Below the pieces are notes generated by a model. It was given only the letters and a program-made list of their open reading frames with translations, had not been told where the DNA came from and searched no databases. Made by a program: the position numbers and the translations under genes. Positions 8,914-19,882 of a DNA stretch of 32,000 bases are shown piece by piece (the stretch's first letter is position 1; every line of letters begins with the position of its first letter). The DNA is from Sinorhizobium meliloti (lineage in GTDB: Bacteria; Pseudomonadota; Alphaproteobacteria; Rhizobiales; Rhizobiaceae), in NCBI RefSeq assembly GCF_017876815.1, contig NZ_JAGIOS010000001.1, positions 420,001 through 452,000 of the forward strand, in the 5' to 3' direction.

Positions 8914-10349
8914 GCCGCGGGCCGTCCTTCGAGCGGAAAAACCTTCGACGGGTTCATAAGCCATTGCGGATCGAAGGCGGCGCGCGCCGCCATCTGCTGG
9001 CCGAGATCGGCCCTGCTGTACTGGTGCAGCATCAGATCGCGTTTCTCGATGCCGACGCCGTGTTCCCCGGTCAGGCAGCCGCCCGCCTCGACGCAAAGCT
9101 TCAGTATGTCGTTGCCGGCAGCTTCCGCGCGGGCAGCTTCCTCCGGATCGTTGATGTTGTAGAGGATCAGCGGATGCATGTTGCCATCGCCGGCATGGAA
9201 GACATTCGCTACCCGCAGGCCGTAGCCGGCGACGATCTCCCCGGTCCGGCGCAAGACATGGGAGAGCTGGCTCAGCGGCACCGTTCCGTCCATGCAGATA
9301 TAGTCGGCAATCCGGCCGGTTGCGCCGAAGGCCGACTTACGCCCCTTCCAGATCAGTGCCGCTTCCAGAGCCGATTGCGATTCCCTGATCGTCATCACGC
9401 CGTGGCGGCGGGCGATCTCGATGATGCCGGCGAGCGTCGCATCCATCTCAGCCTCGGAGCCTTCCACTTCGACGATCAGCAATGCTTCGACGTCGAGCGG
9501 ATAGCCGGCCTGGGCAAAGGCCTCGCAGATCTCGATCGCCGGCCTGTCCATGAATTCGATTGCGACGGGGATGATGCCCGATCCAATGATATCGGCGACG
9601 CAGCTGCCGGCGGACTCGGAAGAGGCAAATCCGAAGAGCACGGGCCGCGCACCTTCGGGCTTCGCAATCAGCCGCACCGTCGCTTCCGTGACGATGCCGA
9701 GCTGCCCCTCCGAACCGCAGACGAGCCCAAGCAGGTCGTATCCCGGCGCGTCGAGCGCCTTGCCGCCGAGTTCGATCACGGTGCCGTCGAAAAGCACCAT
9801 CTTGACGCCCAGAAGGTTGTTGGTCGTAACCCCGTACTTCAGACAGTGCGCGCCGCCGGAATTCATCCCGATGTTCCCGCCTATGGTGCAGGCGAGCTGC
9901 GAACTCGGATCCGGGGCATAGAAGAAGCCGTCGGCCGAAACCGCATCGGAAATATTGAGATTGGTCACGCCCGCCTGAACCGTCGCCGTGCGGTTGAACA
10001 GGTCGATATCCAGGGTGCGCGACATCTTCGACAGACCGACGACGATCGCGTCCTCCTGAGGAATGGCGCCGCCGGAGAGCGAGGTGCCGGCGCCCCGCGG
10101 CACGATCGGAATGCCGTAGCGGCTGCAATATTTGAGCACCGCGGCCACGTGCTCCGTCGTCTCGGGAAGAACGACCGCGAGCGGCATCCGCCGATAGGCG
10201 ATAAACGCATCCGTCTCGAAGGGCTTGAGGCCGCGCTCGTCGCTGATGAGGCCGCCTTCCGGCAACAGATCGGCAAGATCGGCGACGATTTCCCGCCGAC
10301 GATCGAGGACGGCCTGCCTTGGCTTCAGAAAGCCGATCGTCTCCGGCAT
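8910..10349 (-). CDS. glcD: Glycolate oxidase subunit GlcD (FAD-linked oxidase)
   Basis: FAD-linked oxidase motifs PRGAGTSLSGGA and GEHGVGIEKRDLM. SD GGGAGG precedes ATG 10349. It is first in the glcD-glcE-glcF order. Confidence 0.95.
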   Translation of the reverse strand: MPETIGFLKPRQAVLDRRREIVADLADLLPEGGLISDERGLKPFETDAFIAYRRMPLAVVLPETTEHVAAVLKYCSRYGIPIVPRGAGTSLSGGAIPQEDAIVVGLSKMSRTLDIDLFNRTATVQAGVTNLNISDAVSADGFFYAPDPSSQLACTIGGNIGMNSGGAHCLKYGVTTNNLLGVKMVLFDGTVIELGGKALDAPGYDLLGLVCGSEGQLGIVTEATVRLIAKPEGARPVLFGFASSESAGSCVADIIGSGIIPVAIEFMDRPAIEICEAFAQAGYPLDVEALLIVEVEGSEAEMDATLAGIIEIARRHGVMTIRESQSALEAALIWKGRKSAFGATGRIADYICMDGTVPLSQLSHVLRRTGEIVAGYGLRVANVFHAGDGNMHPLILYNINDPEEAARAEAAGNDILKLCVEAGGCLTGEHGVGIEKRDLMLHQYSRADLGQQMAARAAFDPQWLMNPSKVFPLEGRPAA

Positions 10350-10371
10350 GAGCGCCTCCCATTCACAGCAA

Positions 10372-10394
10372 AGTGGTATTTTTTGCTTACCACT
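10372..10394. promoter_or_regulatory. Palindromic operator candidate AGTGGTA-N9-TACCACT upstream of glcD
   Basis: Perfect 7-bp inverted repeat lying 23-45 nt upstream of the glcD ATG. It has the same AGTGG-N13-CCACT frame as the site at 12822-12844. Confidence 0.4.
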
Positions 10395-10548
10395 AATGCA
10401 TGTCGCCCAAAAGTGTGCAGCGGATCTGAGACAAGGACATACACAAACAATGACCTCAGTGCGTCCCGCTCAAACCTTTTATAGAGGTGGACGGACACCC
10501 GGCAAATGTTAATGATCTTTTCGCCTTTGGAAACAATGATCAGGATTG

Positions 10549-11445
10549 ATGACGAATCTAGGCGATCTCGAAATTTTCGCGCGGGTGGTGTCGACCGGCA
10601 GTATGTCGGCGGCGGGACGCGCGCTCGGCTTTTCCGCAGCCGTGATTTCCAAACGCATCAAGCGGCTCGAAGACAGGCTGGGCGCGCGGCTCCTGCAGCG
10701 CACGACGCGGCAGATTTCGCTGACGGAGGCCGGCCAGGGTTTCTATGACCGGGTTCTCGGCATTCTCGCCGGCCTCGAGGAGGCGGAGGCTTATGCCTCC
10801 GGCCGCTCCTCCCAGGTCCAGGGGACGCTGCGCATTTCCGCGCCGACCTCCTTCGGCCGCATGCACATCGCGCCGCATCTGACCGGTTTCATGAAGGACC
10901 ATCCCGACCTGAAGCTGCACATCGTGCTGACCGACGATTTCACCGACATCGTCGCAGAAGGCTTCGACCTCGCCATCCGAATAGGCGAACTCAGCGATTC
11001 GAGCCTCGTCGCCCGCAAGCTCGCGCCGGTGCGCCGGCTTCTCTGCGCAGCGCCGAGCTATGTCGCCCGTCATGGAGCGCCGACGGAGATCGGCGAACTC
11101 GCGAAGCACATCTGCCTTCCGGCACACAACAACGACAACTGGAAGCTGGAGGGGCCCGACGGCAGCCTCTCCTATCGGCCGGAGGGACCGCTCGTCACCA
11201 ACTCGTCGGAAATCATCCGCGAAGCGGTGATTGCCGGCGCCGGCATCGCGCTGCGCTCCACCTGGGATATCGGCAGGGAACTTCGGGAGGGGCGACTGGT
11301 TCAGGTGCTGCCGCAATGGGAAGGATCGCACAAGCTGACGCTTTCGGCGGTCTATCCGAGCCGGCAATTCCTGCCGGCCAAGGTGCGGCAGTTCATCGAC
11401 TATCTCGCCGCACTCTACGGGCCGGTGCCCTACTGGGAGCAATAG
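10549..11445 (+). CDS. LysR family transcriptional regulator (divergent from glcDEF)
   Basis: N-terminal wHTH LEIFARVVSTGSMSAAGRALGFSAAVISKRIKRLEDRLGARLLQRTTR plus a LysR substrate-binding domain. ATG at 10549; the ORF track starts at the adjacent TTG 10546. Confidence 0.9.
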   Translation: MTNLGDLEIFARVVSTGSMSAAGRALGFSAAVISKRIKRLEDRLGARLLQRTTRQISLTEAGQGFYDRVLGILAGLEEAEAYASGRSSQVQGTLRISAPTSFGRMHIAPHLTGFMKDHPDLKLHIVLTDDFTDIVAEGFDLAIRIGELSDSSLVARKLAPVRRLLCAAPSYVARHGAPTEIGELAKHICLPAHNNDNWKLEGPDGSLSYRPEGPLVTNSSEIIREAVIAGAGIALRSTWDIGRELREGRLVQVLPQWEGSHKLTLSAVYPSRQFLPAKVRQFIDYLAALYGPVPYWEQ

Positions 11446-11446
11446 T

Positions 11447-12715
11447 CTATCCGTGCTCGTCGTGATGCCGGCGAATGCGCCGCACCACCAGCCAGACCCC
11501 GGCGACCGCGAAGGGAACGGCGAGGCCCGTCAGGAGACCTGGATCGACGGGTATTTCATGACTGACGGCCTTGGCGAGGTAGCCGAAGAGCCCGACGACA
11601 TAATAGGAGATCGCCGCCACCGACAGTCCTTCGACGGTCTGCTGCAGGCGCAATTGCAGCTTGGCGCGGCGATCCATCGAATTCAACAGGGCGCTGTTCT
11701 GCCGTTCCAGTTCGACGTCGATCCAGCTTCTCAGGAGAGCCGTAGCGCGGGCGAGCTTGCGCGAAAGGTTCGCCTGCCGCTCCTCGACCGACTGACAGGT
11801 GCGCATTGCCGGCGCCAGCCTGCGCTCGAGGAAGGTGCCGATCGTCTCGTAACCGGGCACCGGCGTCTCGGAAAGCGTGCGGATGCGTTCCTGGACAATG
11901 CCGTAATAGGCGCGGCTGGCGCCGAAGCGATAAAGGCTGAGGGCGGCACCCGCTTCGAGATCGGCGGCAAGGCGGGTGATCTCCGCCAGCATCTCGTCAG
12001 CCTCCTCGCGGACGTTTTCCTTCATGCGCTGCGTCACCGCCGTCAGGCCGTCCTCGGTGCGGCGGATCTCCGGCGACAGCGACTGGGCAAGCGGCAGGCC
12101 GAGGATGGCGAGCGTGCGGTAGGTCTCGATGTCGAGCAGGCGCTGCACCAGGGCGCCTGTTCCCGCCTCCGTCATGCCGCGATCGATAACGAGCACCTGG
12201 GTCAGCCCGTCGCCGTTCTGGCGAAAGTCGGTCACGAGCACCGCCTGGCCATTCTTGGTTTCGCTGTAACAGAGGCTCGTGGGATCGAAGGCGCCGATGG
12301 CCTCGCGGGTGTCCGGCGTATCGGGACGGATTTCCAGACGAATTCCGGAAATCAGCGAGCCCGGGGGCGAAAAACCGTCGCCGAACGGATGGATCGGCAC
12401 CTCACCGCCGAAGCTTTCCGGCGCGGGCGCGTCCCAGAAATAGGTGGAGAATTCCGTGTGCCGCTCCCAGCGCAGCGTTCCCTGCCCCCAGGGGATCGCG
12501 TGGTGATTGGCGTCGCGACCGGGCGGGGCGATGCCGCGCGAGCGCGACAACTCGGACATCACGGCGTGATCGACGATCGACCCGCCCTCCGTCATGAAGG
12601 CGAGTTGAAAGATGACGCGCGGAGTCGTCACCAGCGCATAGGGCCGTGAATGAACCTCGCCGAGCGCCTGGGCGCGCAACGGCGCCACCGGAAATGCAAA
12701 ACTGCCCTTTGGCAT
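11447..12715 (-). CDS. DUF3422 family membrane-anchored protein
   Basis: 422 aa with a long soluble/coiled-coil region and two C-terminal TM helices (LSVAAISYYVVGLFGYL and LTGLAVPFAVAGVWLVV). This architecture and the N-terminus (HSRPY...) are as I remember for DUF3422. ATG 12715 has an upstream G-rich SD. GTG 12736 is an alternative start. Confidence 0.8.
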   Translation of the reverse strand: MPKGSFAFPVAPLRAQALGEVHSRPYALVTTPRVIFQLAFMTEGGSIVDHAVMSELSRSRGIAPPGRDANHHAIPWGQGTLRWERHTEFSTYFWDAPAPESFGGEVPIHPFGDGFSPPGSLISGIRLEIRPDTPDTREAIGAFDPTSLCYSETKNGQAVLVTDFRQNGDGLTQVLVIDRGMTEAGTGALVQRLLDIETYRTLAILGLPLAQSLSPEIRRTEDGLTAVTQRMKENVREEADEMLAEITRLAADLEAGAALSLYRFGASRAYYGIVQERIRTLSETPVPGYETIGTFLERRLAPAMRTCQSVEERQANLSRKLARATALLRSWIDVELERQNSALLNSMDRRAKLQLRLQQTVEGLSVAAISYYVVGLFGYLAKAVSHEIPVDPGLLTGLAVPFAVAGVWLVVRRIRRHHDEHG

Positions 12716-12821
12716 GAAGCGCTTCTTCCCCCTCACGCGTTCATCATCACCTTCTTATCAACGGATAAGGTAAAAAGAACAGGGCGCTTTGACGCAGTTC
12801 GATCTTTGTCAACACCCGCAG

Positions 12822-12844
12822 AGTGGACAATCAATTTGACCACT
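12822..12844. promoter_or_regulatory. Palindromic operator candidate AGTGGACAA-N5-TTGACCACT in the DUF3422/GntR divergent promoter region
   Basis: Inverted repeat matching at 8 of 9 bp, with the AGTGG-N13-CCACT frame. It lies about 50 nt upstream of the GntR-family gene start. Confidence 0.4.
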
Positions 12845-12893
12845 TGATAGGCCCTGTTAGATTGCCGAATGGAAGCGGAGGCCGGCGAAACCT

Positions 12894-13721
12894 GTGCACA
12901 ATGCCCTTGGCGCTCCGGGAGACGTGGCCGTGACCGAAAACCAGGACGACCTCTATGCCCGCATCAGCCATAGCCGGACGGCCGACGAGGTCGTGCAGCA
13001 GATCGAGCTTCTGATCCTCGAGGGCGTGTTGCGCGACGGCGATCGCTTGCCGGGCGAGCGAGAACTCTCCAGGCGCTTCGACGTGTCGCGGCCGATCCTG
13101 CGTGAGGCGCTCAAGGAGTTGGAGGCGCGCGGTCTCGTCGAGAGCCGGCATGGCGGCGGCACGTTCGTCGCCGACGTGGTCGGCCAGATTTTTTCCAAAC
13201 CCCTGATCGAGCTCATCGGACGCCACCACAAGGCGACGCAGGACTATCTCGAATACCGGCGCGAACTCGAAGGCTTGACGGCGGAACTGGCGGCGACCCG
13301 CGCAACCGACTTCGACCGCGACATTCTTACCCGCGTCATCGAGCGCATGCGCTCCGCGCACAAGAGCGGCAATTTCGCCGAAGAGCTCGAAGCCGATATC
13401 GAACTGCACAATGCTATCGGCGAAAGCGCTCACAATATCATCCTGCTTCACACCCTCAGGGCCTGTTACAGGCTGCTGACCCAAGGCATCTTCTTCCACC
13501 GCAATTCCGTCTTCGGCGCGCCCGGCGCGCGCGACCAGCTTCTCGCGCAGCATGAGGCGATCTATGCGGCGATCATGGTCGGCGATCCACAAACCGCTAA
13601 GACAGCCGCGCAGAGCCACATCGATTTCGTCGCCACGGCAGCGCGCGAGGCCGAGCGCAGCGGAGAGTGGGTGCGCATTGCCCGTCTGCGCCTGCAGCAG
13701 CGCGATCGCTCCGGTTCCTGA
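12894..13721 (+). CDS. GntR family transcriptional regulator, FadR subfamily (FCD domain)
   Basis: wHTH ...LPGERELSRRFDVSRPILREALKELEARGLVESRHGGGTFV followed by an all-helical FCD-type C-terminal domain (DIELHNAI...). The start is uncertain: GTG 12894, or in-frame GTGs at 12924 and 12930. Confidence 0.9.
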   Translation: MHNALGAPGDVAVTENQDDLYARISHSRTADEVVQQIELLILEGVLRDGDRLPGERELSRRFDVSRPILREALKELEARGLVESRHGGGTFVADVVGQIFSKPLIELIGRHHKATQDYLEYRRELEGLTAELAATRATDFDRDILTRVIERMRSAHKSGNFAEELEADIELHNAIGESAHNIILLHTLRACYRLLTQGIFFHRNSVFGAPGARDQLLAQHEAIYAAIMVGDPQTAKTAAQSHIDFVATAAREAERSGEWVRIARLRLQQRDRSGS

Positions 13722-13997
13722 CCCGTCGCGCGCGACAAGCGCTAAAGTACGGATGGCGAGTGCCCCTTGGTAAAATTCCCGCCGATTTCCTACATATGGT
13801 CGTATGGGGCAGTGGTTCTGTCGGAACCGCGACTCCGCGCTTTGCGTTAGTTGGCTAATATATGGGTCCCGAAAAGGAAGAGCATGAATCCGAAAGAATG
13901 CGGCGTGTTTTGACGAACGCATTTACAGCGGCATGCGACGGTTCATACTCGGGTCGCGCAGCGGCAACCACTGATTCGTTGAGGAGTATCGGGAATC

Positions 13998-14504
13998 TTG
14001 AACTTTCTGCACCGGCTCGCTTCTGATGTGCAACTCATGCTGCGTCGCCCGGCGCGTATGCAGTATGCGGCGCTGTGCTATCGGCTTGCCAGGAAGACGA
14101 ATGCGCTGGAAATCCTGGTGATCACCAGCCGCGACACCGGCCGGTGGGTCATCCCCAAGGGGTGGCCGATGCAGGGAAAGCAGGCGCACGAGGTCGCCGA
14201 GCGCGAGGCCTATGAGGAGGCCGGGGTGAAGGGCAAGGTGCAAAGGGCCGCCATCGGCGCCTACGTTTATCAGAAGCGGAAGGATCACGGCCTCGAGATC
14301 TCCTGCAAGGTGCAGGTGCATGCGCTCGAAGTTGAGGATTTTTGCAAGAACTTCCCGGAGAAAGGCAGCAGGCGGCTGGAGTGGGTCGACTATCGTGAGG
14401 CGGCAAAGCGCGTTGCAGAGCCTTCGCTGAAAGAGCTTATCCTCGATTTCGGCAGACGCGTCGACCCCGACCCGGAGCAGCGGCCGAAGGCCTCCAGCAA
14501 CTGA
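13998..14504 (+). CDS. NUDIX hydrolase
   Basis: Nudix box GWPMQGKQAHEVAEREAYEEAGVKG. TTG 13998 is preceded by GAGGAG. ATG 14037 is an alternative start. Confidence 0.85.
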   Translation: MNFLHRLASDVQLMLRRPARMQYAALCYRLARKTNALEILVITSRDTGRWVIPKGWPMQGKQAHEVAEREAYEEAGVKGKVQRAAIGAYVYQKRKDHGLEISCKVQVHALEVEDFCKNFPEKGSRRLEWVDYREAAKRVAEPSLKELILDFGRRVDPDPEQRPKASSN

Positions 14505-14646
14505 CGGCGAGGCGGAAGCCCACGGCATCTGCACCGGCGACTGGTCGAACACGCAAGGTCGCCGCAGGATGCGATGTGCCGGATCGGGTAACGCCCCGGC
14601 CCACCCTTCGTCCCCCCTCTTCAATTCCTCTTGAATACGCCCGTTT

Positions 14647-16945
<2,299 letters not shown>

Positions 16946-17082
16946 GCCGTCCATCCGCTTGCCCCTAGTTTTTTTGAGGGCATCTTGAAAGAAATTGACT
17001 TGCGCCGCACTTGATTACGGTTCAAGCACTCCATCCGATCCTGCTGACCCCGCAGGAGCCGCCCCAGGCAAAGAAGACGAAC

Positions 17083-18456
17083 ATGGCCCGAGACACTACC
17101 GACCAGACGCCGGTTACCTCTGTCGCTGAACTGACCGCCTATCTGGCATCGGGATCGAAGCCGAAGGAAAAGTTCCGGATCGGCACCGAACATGAGAAGT
17201 TCGCCTTCTTCAAGGCGGACAACAGCCCGGTGCCCTATTTCGGCGATGCCAGCATCCAGGCGCTCCTGAACGGTATGGCCGAAAGGAACGGCTGGGAGCC
17301 GATCATGGACGAGGGGAACGTCATCGGCCTTGCCGAGCCCTCAGGCAATGGAGCGATCTCGCTCGAGCCGGGAGGGCAATTCGAGCTTTCCGGCGCGCCG
17401 CTCGAGAACCTCCATCAGACCTGCAAGGAATCCAACCAGCACCTGGCAGTGCTTCGAGAAATCGCCGAACCGCTCGGCATCCGTTTCCTCGGCATCGGCG
17501 GCAGTCCGAAATGGAGCTTCGCCGAGACGCCGCGCATGCCGAAGTCGCGCTACGCCATCATGACGCGCTACATGCCCAAGGTGGGCAGCAAGGGCCTCGA
17601 CATGATGTATCGCACCAGCACGATCCAGGTTAACCTCGACTTCTCCTCGGAAGAGGACATGCGGCGGAAGATGCAGGTCTCCCTGAAGCTGCAGCCGCTC
17701 GCCACCGCCCTCTTTGCAAGCTCCCCCTTCACCGAAGGTAAGCCGAACGGGCTGCTTTCCTGGCGGGGAGACATCTGGCGCGATACCGACAACCAGCGCT
17801 CGGGCCTGTTGCCGACGGCCTTCAAGCCGGACTTCGGCTTCAGCGACTACATGGAATGGGCGCTCGACGTTCCCATGTATTTCGTCGTCCGCGGCGGGCA
17901 TTATCATGACTGCACCCATGTCACCTTCCGCCAGTTCATGAACGGGGCGCTGAAGGGCGAAATCGCCGAGTGGCAGCCGACGATGGGCGACTGGACCAAT
18001 CATCTGTCGACCCTCTTTCCCGACGTCCGTCTGAAGCGTTTCCTGGAAATGCGCGGGGCAGACGGTGGTCCGTGGCGGCGGATCTGCGCCCTGCCGGCGT
18101 TCTGGGTGGGCCTGCTCTACGATGACGAGGCCCTGTCGGCGGCCGAGGAATTGACCCGCGACTGGGGTTACGAAGAGGTCCTGGCACTCAGAGATGCCGT
18201 GCCCGCAAAAGCGCTCGCGGCCGAATTCCGGTCGAGGTCGCTCTTCGATGTCGCACGCGAGGTTCTCACCATTTCGCGCAACGGTCTCAAGCGCCGCAAC
18301 CGGCTGAACGGCGACGGCATCGACGAAAGCCAGTTCCTGGCACCGCTTGACGAAGTGCTGGCGAAGAAGGCGACGCTCGCGGAAGACATGCTCTCGCTTT
18401 ATCACGGCCGCTGGAACGAATCGGTCGAACCGGTTTTTGCCGACTACCAATACTGA
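17083..18456 (+). CDS. gshA: Glutamate--cysteine ligase (plant/alphaproteobacterial GCS2 type)
   Basis: 457 aa with FRIGTEHEKFAF...ISLEPGGQFELSGAP...MYRTSTIQVNLDF...RFLEMRGADGGP, typical of GshA lineage 3. ATG at 17083 (MARDTTDQ). Confidence 0.95.
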   Translation: MARDTTDQTPVTSVAELTAYLASGSKPKEKFRIGTEHEKFAFFKADNSPVPYFGDASIQALLNGMAERNGWEPIMDEGNVIGLAEPSGNGAISLEPGGQFELSGAPLENLHQTCKESNQHLAVLREIAEPLGIRFLGIGGSPKWSFAETPRMPKSRYAIMTRYMPKVGSKGLDMMYRTSTIQVNLDFSSEEDMRRKMQVSLKLQPLATALFASSPFTEGKPNGLLSWRGDIWRDTDNQRSGLLPTAFKPDFGFSDYMEWALDVPMYFVVRGGHYHDCTHVTFRQFMNGALKGEIAEWQPTMGDWTNHLSTLFPDVRLKRFLEMRGADGGPWRRICALPAFWVGLLYDDEALSAAEELTRDWGYEEVLALRDAVPAKALAAEFRSRSLFDVAREVLTISRNGLKRRNRLNGDGIDESQFLAPLDEVLAKKATLAEDMLSLYHGRWNESVEPVFADYQY

Positions 18457-18592
18457 GCGGACCCTTTATCCGGACGGAGCGCCGCGGACAGGCTCGTTCC
18501 GCCCCCGTCCGGCGCTTTCGAAAAAGCGGTTTCCAGCCCTCCAATTCCCGTTATAGTGCAAGGACATGCGTCTCGTCCGGGAAGGAACGCCA

Positions 18593-19426
18593 ATGGCACC
18601 GCTTTTTGACATGTTCGCTCAGGCGCAGAACGGCCACGCCATCGAACTGATGGCGAAGCAATTCGGGCTCGCGCAGGAGCAGATGGCGAAAGCCACGGCC
18701 GCGCTGATGCCCGCATTCTCCACCGGCTTCAAGCACAATACCACGAACCCCTACGACTTCGGCGCGCTGCTGACGGCGCTCTCGACCGGCAATTACGCCC
18801 GGTATTTCGAAGACATCAGCCAGGCGTTCACACCCCAGGGCGTCGCCGATGGCAACGGCATTCTCGGCCAGCTTTTCGGCTCGAAGGAAATGTCGCGCGC
18901 GATCGCGGCGCAGGCGGCACAGATGACGGGGATCGGCCAGGAGATCTACAAGCAGATGCTCCCGGTGATGGCGAGCACGCTGATGGGGGGTCTCTTCAAG
19001 CAGACCACGGGGCAGATGAGCGGTGGGCTCGCCGACAATCCGATGATGACGCTGATGCAGCAATGGATGGAGGCGACGGGCTTCGCCAAGAAGCCCGAAC
19101 CGCAGTCCGACCCCTTCGACAATCCTTTCGCCCAGGCGATGCAGGGCTTCTTCGGCGTGGGCAAGGCGGGAGAAATGGGCAGGGCCGGGGATAAGCCGAA
19201 AGCAGCCGACCTATTCGCCGACAATCCCTTCTTCAAGGCCTATCGGGAGATGATGGGAGGCGCCGGCACGACCGAGAAAGCACCGACCGATAACCCAGCT
19301 TTTGCCCAGTTTTCGCAGGCGATGAACAGCCTCTTCGACAGCGGCCTGGAGATGCAGAAGGAATATCAGAAAAGCATCGACGCGCTGTTCGAGAGCCACA
19401 AGGGCGGCTCGGGCGGCAAGGCGTAG
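18593..19426 (+). CDS. DUF937 domain-containing protein
   Basis: The N-terminus MAPLFDMFAQAQNGHAIELMAKQFGLAQEQMAKATAALMPAF resembles the DUF937 family. SD GGGAAGGAA precedes ATG 18593. The C-terminal half is low-complexity with repeated DNP motifs. Confidence 0.8.
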   Translation: MAPLFDMFAQAQNGHAIELMAKQFGLAQEQMAKATAALMPAFSTGFKHNTTNPYDFGALLTALSTGNYARYFEDISQAFTPQGVADGNGILGQLFGSKEMSRAIAAQAAQMTGIGQEIYKQMLPVMASTLMGGLFKQTTGQMSGGLADNPMMTLMQQWMEATGFAKKPEPQSDPFDNPFAQAMQGFFGVGKAGEMGRAGDKPKAADLFADNPFFKAYREMMGGAGTTEKAPTDNPAFAQFSQAMNSLFDSGLEMQKEYQKSIDALFESHKGGSGGKA

Positions 19427-19486
19427 CCGTCGGAATTTGCAGGCGGATGAGGGCGGTTGTTCGCTTTCTACGGCTCGTGCCAAGCG

Positions 19487-19882
19487 CTATGCGTAGGCAC
19501 GCTCTGGCTCAACAAGATGATACGGTTCGACCAGGCAGTCGGTTGGGATGCCCCATTCTTTGTGAAGTCTGCGGATCATATCGACGGTAAGAGCGCGCCT
19601 TTTGCTCAAGATTTCGGAGGCCCTGGAACGGGAGCCGAAAAGTGCCGCCAAATCTGCCTGCGTACGGCCGAACATCTCCATGTGCGCCTTGATCAACTCA
19701 ACGGGCTCAGGAGCTTCGATCGGGTGATGCTCGTTTTCGTAAGCCTCGATCAGGGTCGAGAGAATATCGAAACGGTCCGCTTCCTCGGTTCCGGTTTCAG
19801 GCGGCTGATCGAAGTATTTCGAGACCTCGTGGATGGCCCATGCAAGGTCATCATCGTTCCTTATGGCGCGAATATTGTCCAT
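19487..19882 (-). CDS. higA: Type II antitoxin HigA (HTH, COG5499-like)
   Basis: 131 aa. C-terminal HTH ...GRTQADLAALFGSRSRASEILSKRRALTVDMIRRLHKEWGIP. The ATG overlaps the higB stop (TAATG). Its position downstream of the toxin gene is the HigBA hallmark. Confidence 0.85.
   Translation of the reverse strand: MDNIRAIRNDDDLAWAIHEVSKYFDQPPETGTEEADRFDILSTLIEAYENEHHPIEAPEPVELIKAHMEMFGRTQADLAALFGSRSRASEILSKRRALTVDMIRRLHKEWGIPTDCLVEPYHLVEPERAYA

Noticed and set aside
10505-10545. Direct repeat AATGATC-N18-AATGATC and a TTTC-N7-GAAA dyad just upstream of the LysR gene next to glcD, considered as a LysR box.
   Set aside because: The arms are very short (4-7 nt) and the region is AT-rich, so chance occurrence is likely. 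I cannot distinguish this from promoter or SD sequence without comparative data.
16946-17082. Possible terminator (gcccctagtttttttgagggc) and promoter (TTGACT...) between rsmE and gshA.
   Set aside because: The stem is only about 4 bp and the T-run lies inside the loop rather than after the stem. The -10 candidate at the correct spacing is poor. The evidence is not strong enough to call either feature.
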